A stretch of 64,000 nt of DNA from Roseobacter sp. (GTDB taxonomy: Bacteria > Pseudomonadota > Alphaproteobacteria > Rhodobacterales > Rhodobacteraceae), in assembly GCF_024639605.1 (NCBI RefSeq), contig NZ_JAHEHZ010000001.1, positions 881 to 64,880 of the forward strand. The letters run 5' to 3'. The notes below the pieces were generated by a model. That model did no database searches. It was not told where the DNA came from and saw only the letters and a program-made list of their open reading frames with translations. Both the position numbers and the translations under genes were made by a program. Below, one piece after another: positions 18,518 to 27,353 of this stretch (its first letter is position 1; each line of letters begins with the position of its first letter).

Positions 18518-19435
18518 TTAACTCGTCGAAACGCTTTGTGGTTCCCTGACAGTTTTTTCATCGTCCCTGAGGAGCAACGCCAGAGCCAGAATGGTCAGCA
18601 GCACACCGCCCGCCACCACGAAGCCCGGAGCACCGTTTCCAAGCGCGATTTCCCATCCGATCACCCACGAAGGCGTCAGATAAGTATAGGCCATGACCTT
18701 GGCGCTCGGCAGACGCAGGGTCGCGTATTGCAGCAGAACGAATGTCGCGGATGAGGCGAAAAAAGCAGTATAAACAATGGTGATCCAGACAATACCCGGC
18801 AGCGACGCCCAGGGGGTTGCGACCAGATCACGCCAGCCCCAGAGGGTGAGCAGCACGGCCCCTGCCACAAGCATGCCAAAGGTAAAGACGACAGCAGGTT
18901 CCCCGCGGTTCAGTTTACGCACCATCGGGGTATAGAGCGCATGCGCGACACAACCGAAAAAATAAATCACCTCACCGCGCCCGATCTCAAAAGCACGAAG
19001 CGCTGCGACATCGGCACGAAAGATGACCCAAAGCGCGCCAGCCGCCCCGATACAGAGTGCCACAGCCATGCGCGGTGTTGTGATCTGGCGCAGCAAAAGC
19101 CAGCCAAACCCCGCCGCGACCACCGGTGTCAGGGTAAATACCGCAGCGGCACTGACCGGTGGTGCGGTTTTGAGCCCCTCGAACATCAACACGAAATAAA
19201 TGCTGAAAAGCCCGCCCAGTACCGCATAGCGCCAGGGCGCGCGAAACGCCCCAGCCGGAACACCTGTGGTGGCCATCATTGCTGCCCCGATCACCGCGCC
19301 CGCCAGAATGAACCGCACGGCATTGAGTGCTGCAGGTGCAATCTCATTGGCGGCCATTGATCCCAGCGAAAACGACCCTGCCACCAGCGCGGAGAAGAAC
19401 AGCATGGCCGCATGTCCCCTGAGCGCCGGGGTCAC
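18518..19435 (-). CDS. DMT/EamA-family transporter
   Basis: About 10 TM helices in two EamA-like repeats. Confidence 0.9.
   Translation of the reverse strand: MTPALRGHAAMLFFSALVAGSFSLGSMAANEIAPAALNAVRFILAGAVIGAAMMATTGVPAGAFRAPWRYAVLGGLFSIYFVLMFEGLKTAPPVSAAAVFTLTPVVAAGFGWLLLRQITTPRMAVALCIGAAGALWVIFRADVAALRAFEIGRGEVIYFFGCVAHALYTPMVRKLNRGEPAVVFTFGMLVAGAVLLTLWGWRDLVATPWASLPGIVWITIVYTAFFASSATFVLLQYATLRLPSAKVMAYTYLTPSWVIGWEIALGNGAPGFVVAGGVLLTILALALLLRDDEKTVREPQSVSTS
18520..18545 (-). promoter_or_regulatory. Candidate EcfG/sigmaT (general stress) promoter of the 24-aa ORF
   Basis: GGAAC-N17-AGTT on minus strand, inside the 3' end of the DMT gene. Confidence 0.5.
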
Positions 19436-19439
19436 GGCG

Positions 19440-20318
19440 TCATACCTTCCAGTCTTTCGACTGCTCTTTGAGAAAGGTCAGAAAGGTCTGCACTTTGGTT
19501 GTGCGGTGCAGATCAACATGGGTGACGAGCCAGAGCGGGCCTGACCATTCTTCCTGACGCGGATGGACTTCGATCAGGTTGCCGGAGGCTTCGGCACCGT
19601 AAACGGGCATGAACCCGATACCCGCGCCCGCAATGATCGCCGATTCCAGCGCCCGCGTATCCGAGCTGCGAAAGGTCAGCGCCGGGGCCGGCACAAGGTC
19701 GCGCAGCCAGCGTTCGAAAGGCGCGCGGGTATCGTCGGCATCGACTGCGACAAAACGGTGATGCACAAAGCTGTCGGTGCCGTTCGGCATTCCGTTCGCC
19801 TCGATGTATTCTTTGCTCGCATAGAGGCCCATTTTCTGAACGTGGAATTTCTGCACCACATTATCGGGCTGATCGGGCACGGTGCCCGCGCGGATGGCCA
19901 CATGCGCCTCGCCGTATTCCAGCCGGAACAACCGCGTGCCGGTCAGATAGCGCACAATCACATCCGGATGCAGCCTTTGAAATTCAGCCAGCAGGGGCGC
20001 CATTCTGGGCGCGATGCTGATCAGCGAGGTCACGACAAGCTCGCCCGAAACATCATTGCCGCGCCCTTTGATGCGTCCGACAAGCTGGCTGAACTGATCA
20101 TCGGTCGCCTGAGCCACGCGCAGCAGGTCCTGACCCGCTTCGGTCGCAGTGTATCCCCTGGCATGGCGTTGAAAGAGTTTGACGCCGAGCCGCCCCTCGA
20201 GCGCATCGATATGACGGATGACCGTCGCGTGATGCACGCCGAGCACGTCTGCTGCACCACTGACCGTGCCCATTCTGGCAACCTGAAAGGCGGTTCTGAT
20301 CTCGTCCCAGTTGTCCAT
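19440..20318 (-). CDS. LysR-family regulator
   Basis: MDNWDEIRTAFQVARMGTVSGAADVLGVHHATVIRHIDALE HTH; divergent from azoR. Confidence 0.93.
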   Translation of the reverse strand: MDNWDEIRTAFQVARMGTVSGAADVLGVHHATVIRHIDALEGRLGVKLFQRHARGYTATEAGQDLLRVAQATDDQFSQLVGRIKGRGNDVSGELVVTSLISIAPRMAPLLAEFQRLHPDVIVRYLTGTRLFRLEYGEAHVAIRAGTVPDQPDNVVQKFHVQKMGLYASKEYIEANGMPNGTDSFVHHRFVAVDADDTRAPFERWLRDLVPAPALTFRSSDTRALESAIIAGAGIGFMPVYGAEASGNLIEVHPRQEEWSGPLWLVTHVDLHRTTKVQTFLTFLKEQSKDWKV

Positions 20319-20557
20319 ATTGCGCTGCACCAACGACGGTTCCGACTGTGTGCCCAGCGTTTAACGATCTGTGCGGAATTACAAGTCTGATTTCTTGAGA
20401 AGCCCGTTTCTGCTCAATGGCGCAGGGCTGCGCGCTCCACACTGACGTATCTGTTCATATTTGCACTTGAGATGTGCTTAGATCCGGATTGCGTGCGTAG
20501 AATGATAGCTTAGATCAGAGAGGCAAAGATAAACTTTTTCCAGCAAGGAAGCCCGAC

Positions 20558-21136
20558 ATGACACAGAAAATTCTCCATATCGACGCCTCTGCCCGCCTTA
20601 ACGGGTCAGTTTCCCGCCAGCTCAGTGCCGGGGTTGTTGAACGCCTCGGGGGTGATGTCACCCGTCGCGATCTGGCTGAAGGCATTCCTCAGATCACCGA
20701 AACGTGGATCAATGCGACCTTCACACCCGCTGATCAGCGCACGGACGATCAGCGCGACGCTCTTAGTTTCTCCGATGAGCTTGTTGGCGAAATCATGCAC
20801 GCGGATGTGCTTGTGATCGGGACACCGGTCTATAACTTTGCCCCGCCCGCCGCGCTCAAGGCATGGATCGACCAGATCGCCCGCGCCGGTGTGACATTCA
20901 GATATACCGATAAGGGACCCGTCGGCCTGCTGGAAGGCAAGCGCGCCGTGATCGTTCTGGCCACCGGCGGCACGGCAATCGGCTCAGAGATCGATTTTGC
21001 CTCCGGCTATCTTCGCCACATGATGGGTTTCATCGGGATCACTGACGTGGAGATCATCGCCGCAGACCGGCTGATGGCCGATGCGGAAACAGCCCTGTCC
21101 TCAGCAAAAAAACAGATCAGAGATCTCGCGGCCTGA
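20558..21136 (+). CDS. azoR: FMN-dependent NADH-azoreductase
   Basis: ILHIDASAR, PVYNFAPPAALKAWID, TFRYTDKGPVGLL motifs. Confidence 0.92.
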   Translation: MTQKILHIDASARLNGSVSRQLSAGVVERLGGDVTRRDLAEGIPQITETWINATFTPADQRTDDQRDALSFSDELVGEIMHADVLVIGTPVYNFAPPAALKAWIDQIARAGVTFRYTDKGPVGLLEGKRAVIVLATGGTAIGSEIDFASGYLRHMMGFIGITDVEIIAADRLMADAETALSSAKKQIRDLAA

Positions 21137-21239
21137 TCACTCACCCTCTCCGGCTCTGACGGCGTGCCTCCCGCGGCGCGCCGTTTTGCGTCCCGTCCCT
21201 GTCATATCTTTGCCGGAATGGTCCCCTAAGACTGCCTGC

Positions 21240-21731
21240 ATGAAAATTATCGAAGACACGCCCGACCGTCTGGTTTTCGAAAGCCGGCCTTTCCTGTTTG
21301 CCCTTATGGCCACAGCGATGACCGTCACTCTGACGGCGGTGGCTCTTGGCGCGTTCACATCCGGCGCGCCAGGCAAGGCGCTGCTCCTTGCCGCATGCCT
21401 CGTGGTGCTGGCGGTCCCGATGATCCTTGCGACATTCGAGCGCGTACAGGTCATTTTCGACGCGCGCGAGGGGATTTGCACGCTTCGGCGCCGCAATCTG
21501 CGCGGCGACGGCACCCGGGTCCACAAGCTCAGCGCTGTCACCCGCGCGATGGTGCAGACCCGGAAGGGTGACAGTGACAGTGATGATGCGCACCGCGTCG
21601 CCCTCGTGATCGGTGCCGACACCGCCGGAAACCGCCACCCCCTCACCCGTTTTCACATCAGCGGGCCGGCCGCAAAACTGGCGACCGACCGCATCAACGC
21701 CTGGCTGCGCACAACGCGCAGCGACGGTTGA
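21240..21731 (+). CDS. Hypothetical 2-TM membrane protein (paralog 1)
   Basis: MKIIEDTPDRLVFESRP, two TM helices, soluble C-terminal domain. Confidence 0.75.
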   Translation: MKIIEDTPDRLVFESRPFLFALMATAMTVTLTAVALGAFTSGAPGKALLLAACLVVLAVPMILATFERVQVIFDAREGICTLRRRNLRGDGTRVHKLSAVTRAMVQTRKGDSDSDDAHRVALVIGADTAGNRHPLTRFHISGPAAKLATDRINAWLRTTRSDG

Positions 21732-21763
21732 CAACTGATGCAGGTCACGTACCGCTGTGCGAC

Positions 21764-22234
21764 ATGAAAATCGTCTCTGATACACCCGAAAAGCTGGTTA
21801 TTGAATCAAGGCACGGATTCCGGCTCTTTGTTGCCCTGATTTTTGGTCTGTTGCTGGTCAAATCCGGGCTCTCCTCCTTTATGGCAGCACCCGGAGTTCT
21901 GACTGGGCTCTGGCTCGCGACACTTACGGCTGTGGCCATTGGCGCGCTGTGGATGCTCAGCGAGAGGGTCACGCTGACCCTTGAGGCTGACCAGCTGCAC
22001 ATCAAATCGGGCAGGCTGGGCCCCGCAGGCACCCAAAGCCTTCCTCTGGAACAGCTTACTGAGGCCCGGATCGCCGGGGGCAGCGCCAAAAAGGGCGTTC
22101 TTGAGCTCGTCCTGCGCGACGACACCGGCTCAGAGACCCTGATCCGCCCGGGCAGCGCCCCCCGTCCTTCCGGGGCGCATGAGGCCGCCGCGGCCATCAA
22201 CCGCTGGCGTGCTGCCCGCCGCGACGCACCCTGA
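21764..22234 (+). CDS. Hypothetical 2-TM membrane protein (paralog 2)
   Basis: MKIVSDTPEKLVIESRH, same architecture, both end A...IN.W. Confidence 0.72.
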   Translation: MKIVSDTPEKLVIESRHGFRLFVALIFGLLLVKSGLSSFMAAPGVLTGLWLATLTAVAIGALWMLSERVTLTLEADQLHIKSGRLGPAGTQSLPLEQLTEARIAGGSAKKGVLELVLRDDTGSETLIRPGSAPRPSGAHEAAAAINRWRAARRDAP

Positions 22235-22264
22235 CCTGTCGCGCCCTGCCGGCAACTCCGGCGC

Positions 22265-22293
22265 TTGACACGGCCTGCCTCGCGGCCTAGACG
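22265..22293 (+). promoter_or_regulatory. Sigma70 promoter of ffh
   Basis: TTGACA-N17-TAGACG. Confidence 0.7.
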
Positions 22294-22299
22294 GTCACA

Positions 22300-22522
22300 A
22301 ATCTCCGGAAGCGTCAGACTTCCGGTCCCGGATCCGTCCGGGATCGCCCCCCACCAGCGAGTTTCGCCCGTGGGGGAAAACCTGTTTGGCGCATTACCCT
22401 GCTCTCCGGCGCAGGACCGCAGCACACGACGCCGCCCCGCAAGGGCCGGCCCGATTGAGAATGACCCGCGGCGTCCCTTAAAACAGGGGTATCCCGCAAC
22501 CGACCGAAAGGGGCATCTGCCC
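22300..22522 (+). ncRNA. Long structured 5' leader of ffh (candidate ffh leader RNA)
   Basis: About 220 nt between promoter and ATG with several hairpins (CCCCCAC...GTGGGGG, GGCCC/GGGCC); an ffh-leader RNA is described in alphaproteobacteria; boundaries uncertain. Confidence 0.45.
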
Positions 22523-24019
22523 ATGTTTGAAAACCTCAGCGAACGCCTCTCCGGTGTCTTTGACCGCCTCACCAAACAGGGCGCACTCTCTGATGAGGAT
22601 GTGAAAACGGCCCTCCGGGAAGTTCGCGTGGCGCTGCTGGAAGCGGATGTCTCGCTGCCCGTGGCCCGCGATTTCGTCAAAGCCGTGCAGGACAAGGCGA
22701 CCGGACAGGCGGTCACTAAATCGGTCACCCCCGGCCAGCAGGTCGTAAAGATCGTCCACGACGCGCTTATTGACGTGCTGCGCGGCGAGGGAGAGCCGGG
22801 CCATCTCAAAGTCGACAATCCCCCGGCGCCCATTCTGATGGTGGGCCTGCAGGGTGGCGGTAAAACCACCACCACTGCCAAACTCGCCAAACGCCTCAAA
22901 GAAAAAGACGGCAAGCGCGTGCTGATGGCGTCGCTCGACGTGAACCGGCCCGCAGCGATGGAACAGCTTGCGATTCTCGGTGCTCAGATCGGTGTGGATA
23001 CGCTTCCCATTGTTAAAGGCGAAGATCCCGTCGCCATCGCGAAACGCGCAAAAACGCAGGCCGGCCTTGGCGGCTATGACGTCTATATGCTCGATACCGC
23101 CGGGCGCCTGTCAATCGACGAAGAGCTGATGTCCCAGGTCGAGGCCGTGCGCAACGTGGCAAACCCGCGCGAGACGCTGCTGGTCGTTGACGGCCTCACC
23201 GGTCAGGACGCGGTACACACCGCCGAAAACTTCGACGACCGTATCGGCATCACCGGCGTTGTGCTGACCCGGATGGACGGTGACGGCCGTGGCGGGGCGG
23301 CACTCTCTATGCGTGCGGTCACCGGCAAACCGATCAAATATGTGGGCCTCGGTGAAAAGATGGACGCGCTCGAAACCTTCGAGCCTGACCGCATCGCCGG
23401 CCGCATCCTCGGCATGGGCGATATCGTTTCGCTGGTGGAAAAGGCGCAGGAAACGCTCGAGCTTGAGCAGTCCGAAAAGATGGTCAAACGCATGATGAAG
23501 GGTCAGTTCTCGATGAATGACCTGCGCATGCAGCTTGAGCAGATGCAAAAAATGGGCGGCATGCAGGGGATGATGGGCATGATGCCCGGCATGGGTAAAA
23601 TGGCCAGACAGATCGAAGATGCAGGGCTCGATGACAGCATCCTCAAACGTCAGATCGCTCTTATCCAGTCGATGACCAAACGCGAACGCGCCAATCCTCA
23701 GATCCTCCAGGCCAGCCGCAAAAAACGTATCGCGCGCGGCGCAGGACTCGAGGTTTCAGAGCTCAACAAACTTCTCAAAATGCACCGTCAGATGGGCGAC
23801 ATGATGAAGAAGATGGGCAAAACGGGCAAAGGCGGCATGCTGAAACAGGCGATGAAAGGCATGTTCGGCAAAGGCGGCCCCTCGCCCGAGGACATGGCGG
23901 CCGGCATGGATCCCAAAGCACTTGAAGCAGCCGCGAAACAGTTGGGCGGCAAACTGCCCGGCGGTATGGGTGGCATGGGCCTGCCCCCGGGCCTTTCGGG
24001 CTTCGGCAAAAAGAAATGA
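22523..24019 (+). CDS. ffh: Signal recognition particle protein Ffh
   Basis: MFENLSERL, GLQGGGKTTT, DTAGR, TRMDGDGRGGAALS motifs; Met-rich M domain. Confidence 0.98.
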   Translation: MFENLSERLSGVFDRLTKQGALSDEDVKTALREVRVALLEADVSLPVARDFVKAVQDKATGQAVTKSVTPGQQVVKIVHDALIDVLRGEGEPGHLKVDNPPAPILMVGLQGGGKTTTTAKLAKRLKEKDGKRVLMASLDVNRPAAMEQLAILGAQIGVDTLPIVKGEDPVAIAKRAKTQAGLGGYDVYMLDTAGRLSIDEELMSQVEAVRNVANPRETLLVVDGLTGQDAVHTAENFDDRIGITGVVLTRMDGDGRGGAALSMRAVTGKPIKYVGLGEKMDALETFEPDRIAGRILGMGDIVSLVEKAQETLELEQSEKMVKRMMKGQFSMNDLRMQLEQMQKMGGMQGMMGMMPGMGKMARQIEDAGLDDSILKRQIALIQSMTKRERANPQILQASRKKRIARGAGLEVSELNKLLKMHRQMGDMMKKMGKTGKGGMLKQAMKGMFGKGGPSPEDMAAGMDPKALEAAAKQLGGKLPGGMGGMGLPPGLSGFGKKK

Positions 24020-24543
24020 CACCACGCTGCACGCATATACCGACCGGCTTGCCGGCAAAGCGCGCGCCGGCCGCCGCGGCCGCCGTGCCTGTGCTGCGCA
24101 CGGACCGGCTGCGACTGCGGGCCGCCCCGCCTGCGTGGAATGCCCTGCTGGTGCCGGACATCGCCGGACACCTCGGCGGGCCGCATTCAGATGAAGACGC
24201 ACGGAGTTCATTCTGCGTCTGTGTGGCCCGCCGGGCTCTGCACGGGCATGGTCTCCGGGCCGTGGATCACGGTGACACGGGCGCGACCACAGGTTTCGTG
24301 GAGGTGGGCCTCGAACGGGGTGATGCGGATCCTGAGCCTGACTGGATGTTCCGGCCCGCCCCCCGCAGACAGGGCTCCGCGAACGAAGCGGCGCGCGCCG
24401 CACACGACCGGGCTTTTGGTGAAGGCGGTCTCAAAACGCTGGTGAGCTATGTGCACACCGACAATTCCGCCTCCGCCGCACTGGCACAGCGCCCTGGCAC
24501 ACGCCCCCTCACCTTCACCCACCACCGGGAAGCGCTGCAATGA
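24016..24543 (+). CDS. RimJ/RimL-type GNAT, degenerate but still open (possible incipient pseudogene)
   Basis: Aligns with the two downstream GNATs, but three conserved Trp are CGG (Arg) and there is a short in-frame deletion. Confidence 0.7.
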   Translation: MTPRCTHIPTGLPAKRAPAAAAAVPVLRTDRLRLRAAPPAWNALLVPDIAGHLGGPHSDEDARSSFCVCVARRALHGHGLRAVDHGDTGATTGFVEVGLERGDADPEPDWMFRPAPRRQGSANEAARAAHDRAFGEGGLKTLVSYVHTDNSASAALAQRPGTRPLTFTHHREALQ

Positions 24544-24549
24544 CCTGCG

Positions 24550-24620
24550 CTTCTCTGGTTCACAAATATCCCCGCCGGAGGCTCCCGCAGTCCGCCGCGC
24601 GCGCACCCTCAAAGGGCGCG
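24550..24620. repeat. Short intergenic REP-like element plus (CG)n-CACCCT motif
   Basis: CTTCTCTGGTTCACAAATATCCCCGCCGGAGGC resembles Rhodobacterales intergenic repeats (recall); CGCGCGCGCACCCT at 24596-24609 recurs at 25764-25777. Confidence 0.4.
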
Positions 24621-24622
24621 TG

Positions 24623-25147
24623 ATGAAAGAGGTGCTGATCCCGACCATAGAGACCGACCGGCTCATCCTGCGCGCGCCCGCACCCGCGGATGTGGCACCC
24701 TTTGCTGCCTTTTACGCAAGCGATGCCGCAAAATTCGTCGGTGGCCCTCTGCGCGATTTTCAGGTCTGGCGCTACACCGCCGAAGTCATCGGCCACTGGC
24801 AGCTGCGCGGCTTTGGCCGCTGGATTGTCGCGCGCAAAAACACTCCCGGCGCAATTGGCCTTGTCGGCCTTCACGCACCACCCGACTGGCCTGAGCCTGA
24901 AGTGGGCTGGATGCTCTGGGACGGAAACGGCAAAGGCTACGCCGCCGAAGCGGCCCGTGCCGCCCGCGACTATGCTTATGAAACCGTTGGTCTCAACACG
25001 CTGATAAGCTCTATTGCCCCTGAAAACGCGGCCTCGATCCGGGTGGCCGAAGGCATGGGGGCGCGTCTCGAACCGAAAAACTTCGAGCATCCGCTCTTCG
25101 GCACCATGGCCGTCTGGCGCCATCCGGCACCGGAGGCGCTGTCATGA
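24623..25147 (+). CDS. RimJ/RimL-type GNAT acetyltransferase
   Basis: PTIETDRLILR, GHWQLRGFGRW, PEVGW, GKGYAAEAA, NAASIRVAEGMG. Confidence 0.9.
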   Translation: MKEVLIPTIETDRLILRAPAPADVAPFAAFYASDAAKFVGGPLRDFQVWRYTAEVIGHWQLRGFGRWIVARKNTPGAIGLVGLHAPPDWPEPEVGWMLWDGNGKGYAAEAARAARDYAYETVGLNTLISSIAPENAASIRVAEGMGARLEPKNFEHPLFGTMAVWRHPAPEALS

Positions 25148-25746
25148 ACACCACGATCCCCGTGATTGAGACCAGGCGGCTGGTGCTGCGCGGCCCGGAG
25201 CCGCAGGACTATCCGGATTTCAAAGCGACTTTCACCAGCTATCGCGCGCGCTTCATGGGCGGACCACTCAATGCTTATGAAGCCTGGATGCTCTATTCGG
25301 CGGAAATCGGACACTGGGAGATCCGCGGATATGGCATGTGGATGATCCACGACCGCCAGACAGACGAGACATATGGCATGGCCGGCGGCTGGAAACCGGC
25401 GAAATGGCCCGAAGCGGAGATTGCCTGGGTGATCTGGCCTGACAAAGCCGGGCACGGTTATGCGCTCGAGGCCACCCATGCGGTGCGCGACTATCTGTAT
25501 CGCGAGGGCCGCTGGGAAACGGCCGTCAGCTACATTGATCCCAAGAACCTGGACAGCATCCGCCTCGCGGAACGCCTCGGCGCCGTCAAAGACCCTGAAG
25601 CGGCGACCATCGACGGCAATGACGCAGTCTACCGCCACCCCGCGCCGGCGGCCCTCGACGGCACGCAGCTTGCACACGGAATCGACATGGAGATCAACCA
25701 CTACGCCGATCCGCTCTTTAAACCGAAAGGATGGGCCCTTGACTGA
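25144..25746 (+). CDS. RimJ/RimL-type GNAT acetyltransferase
   Basis: PVIETRRLVLR, GHWEIRGYGMW, GHGYALEA, NLDSIRLAERLG. Confidence 0.9.
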   Translation: MNTTIPVIETRRLVLRGPEPQDYPDFKATFTSYRARFMGGPLNAYEAWMLYSAEIGHWEIRGYGMWMIHDRQTDETYGMAGGWKPAKWPEAEIAWVIWPDKAGHGYALEATHAVRDYLYREGRWETAVSYIDPKNLDSIRLAERLGAVKDPEAATIDGNDAVYRHPAPAALDGTQLAHGIDMEINHYADPLFKPKGWALD

Positions 25747-25815
25747 ACCGACCGCCCTTCGCGCGCGCGCGCACCCTGCATGTGCGCATGCGCTTTCACG
25801 TGTCGGAGGCTCTGG

Positions 25816-26112
25816 ATGACAGATCCCGTAACACTCGCCTCCGAGGTGCTCAAAGAGCACCGTGCCAGCATCGACCGGCTCGATGCTATCCTCGTCTATA
25901 CGCTGGGCGAGCGGTTCAAACACACCCAGGCTGTGGGGAAACTCAAAGCCACTCACGACCTTCCCCCGTCCGATCCGTCGCGTGAAGCGGCCCAGATCGA
26001 GCGGCTCGAAGATTTGGCGCGTCAGGCCGATCTGGACCCTGAATTCGCCAGGAAGTTTCTCAACTTCATCATCGCTGAAGTCATTCAGCACCACCGAAAA
26101 CACCAGCAATAG
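25816..26112 (+). CDS. Chorismate mutase (AroQ type)
   Basis: RASIDRLDAILVYTLGERF...DPSRE motif; GGAGG RBS. Confidence 0.9.
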   Translation: MTDPVTLASEVLKEHRASIDRLDAILVYTLGERFKHTQAVGKLKATHDLPPSDPSREAAQIERLEDLARQADLDPEFARKFLNFIIAEVIQHHRKHQQ

Positions 26113-26184
26113 CGCCGCTCAGGTGCCTCACGACATCAAACACTGCGGGCATTCCGCCCGACACTTAAAAAGGAAAAAGATACC

Positions 26185-26601
26185 ATGGCTATGAAAATTC
26201 GTCTCGCCCGCGGCGGCTCCAAGAAACGCCCCTTCTACCGTATTGTTGCAGCCGACAGCCGGATGCCGCGCGATGGCCGCTTTATCGAAAAGCTTGGAAC
26301 GTATAATCCGCTGCTGCCCAAGGACAGCGAAGAGCGCGTCAAAATGGATGTCGAGCGCGTTCAGCACTGGATCGCTCAGGGTGCCCAGCCCACAGACCGT
26401 GTGGCCCGCATGCTGGAAGCTGCAGGTGCGACAGAGAAAACCGAGCGTAACAACCCCAACAAGGGCACGCCCGGCAAAAAAGCCCAGGAGCGCGCTCAGG
26501 AGAAAGCTGACAAGGCCGCAGCCGCAGCAGAAGCCGCAGCCGCCCCGGCAGAAGCTCCTGCCGAAGAGCCCGCAGCAGAAGAAGCCGCGGCGGAAGAGTA
26601 A
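26185..26601 (+). CDS. rpsP: 30S ribosomal protein S16
   Basis: [32 protein letters not shown]; Ala/Glu-rich tail. Confidence 0.99.
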   Translation: MAMKIRLARGGSKKRPFYRIVAADSRMPRDGRFIEKLGTYNPLLPKDSEERVKMDVERVQHWIAQGAQPTDRVARMLEAAGATEKTERNNPNKGTPGKKAQERAQEKADKAAAAAEAAAAPAEAPAEEPAAEEAAAEE

Positions 26602-26705
26602 GCCCCGCGCACCGTCTGTCCCCCCGGGGACAACAGGTGTTTTTGAAGACCGGTACCGCCCCCGCATCGCCCGGGGCGGTCCGTACTCCCTGAGCCGGAC
26701 AAAGC

Positions 26706-26849
26706 ATGTTCAGACCGATCCGTTCGCTGATGCTGATCTTTTTCGCCTTTCTGGCGGGAATATTCTTCGAGCGCGCCGGCTCATCGGACCGCTGCCTTGA
26801 TCGGGGCGGCGCGATGTCTGAGGGTTTGTGCATCGGAGTGGATGAATGA
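26706..26849 (+). CDS. 47-aa membrane-anchored small protein [47 protein letters not shown]
   Basis: Hand-translated; one TM helix plus C-x11-C; its TGA overlaps the rimM ATG (ATGA). Confidence 0.72.
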   Translation: MFRPIRSLMLIFFAFLAGIFFERAGSSDRCLDRGGAMSEGLCIGVDE

Positions 26850-27352
26850 GCGGTGACAAAATCTGTGTCGGTGCCATCGGCGGCGCGTACGGCGTGCGTG
26901 GCGAGTTGCGCGTCAAAAGTTTCTGCGCCGTGCCCGAAGATCTCGAAAGCTATTCGCCCCTGACGTCTGAAGACGGAAGCCGCACCTTTCACCTCGCGCT
27001 TGTGCGCCCGGTGAAAAACGGTTTTGTGGCTCGGATCGTCGAGGTTACCAGCAAAGAAGAGGCCGACGCGCTCAAAGGCCTGCAGCTTTTTGCAGACCGT
27101 GATCAGCTGCCTTCGCTGCCTGACGATGAATACTACCACACCGATCTGATGGGGCTCGAGGTTCTCGATACAGGCGGCACGCTGCTCGGCACCGTAAAAC
27201 AGGTGCTTGATCACGGTGCCGGTGATCTGCTGGAAGTGCAGCGGCCGGGTTCATCTCAAACGGTGTTGCTGCCCTTCACGCTGGCCGCCGTGCCGACCGT
27301 GGATCTGGCCGCAAAACGCATCATCGCCGACCCGCCCGACGGGCTCTTCTGA
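26846..27352 (+). CDS. rimM: Ribosome maturation factor RimM
   Basis: [39 protein letters not shown]. Confidence 0.97.
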   Translation: MSGDKICVGAIGGAYGVRGELRVKSFCAVPEDLESYSPLTSEDGSRTFHLALVRPVKNGFVARIVEVTSKEEADALKGLQLFADRDQLPSLPDDEYYHTDLMGLEVLDTGGTLLGTVKQVLDHGAGDLLEVQRPGSSQTVLLPFTLAAVPTVDLAAKRIIADPPDGLF

Positions 27353-27353
27353 G

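Noticed and set aside
25793-25806. parS-like CTTTCACGTGTCGG
   Set aside because: Right half does not match the GTTTCACGTGAAAC palindrome; single copy
26741-26781. Apparent REP-like repeat (CTTTCTGGCGGGAAATATTC)
   Set aside because: It is the coding sequence of the 47-aa ORF's TM helix
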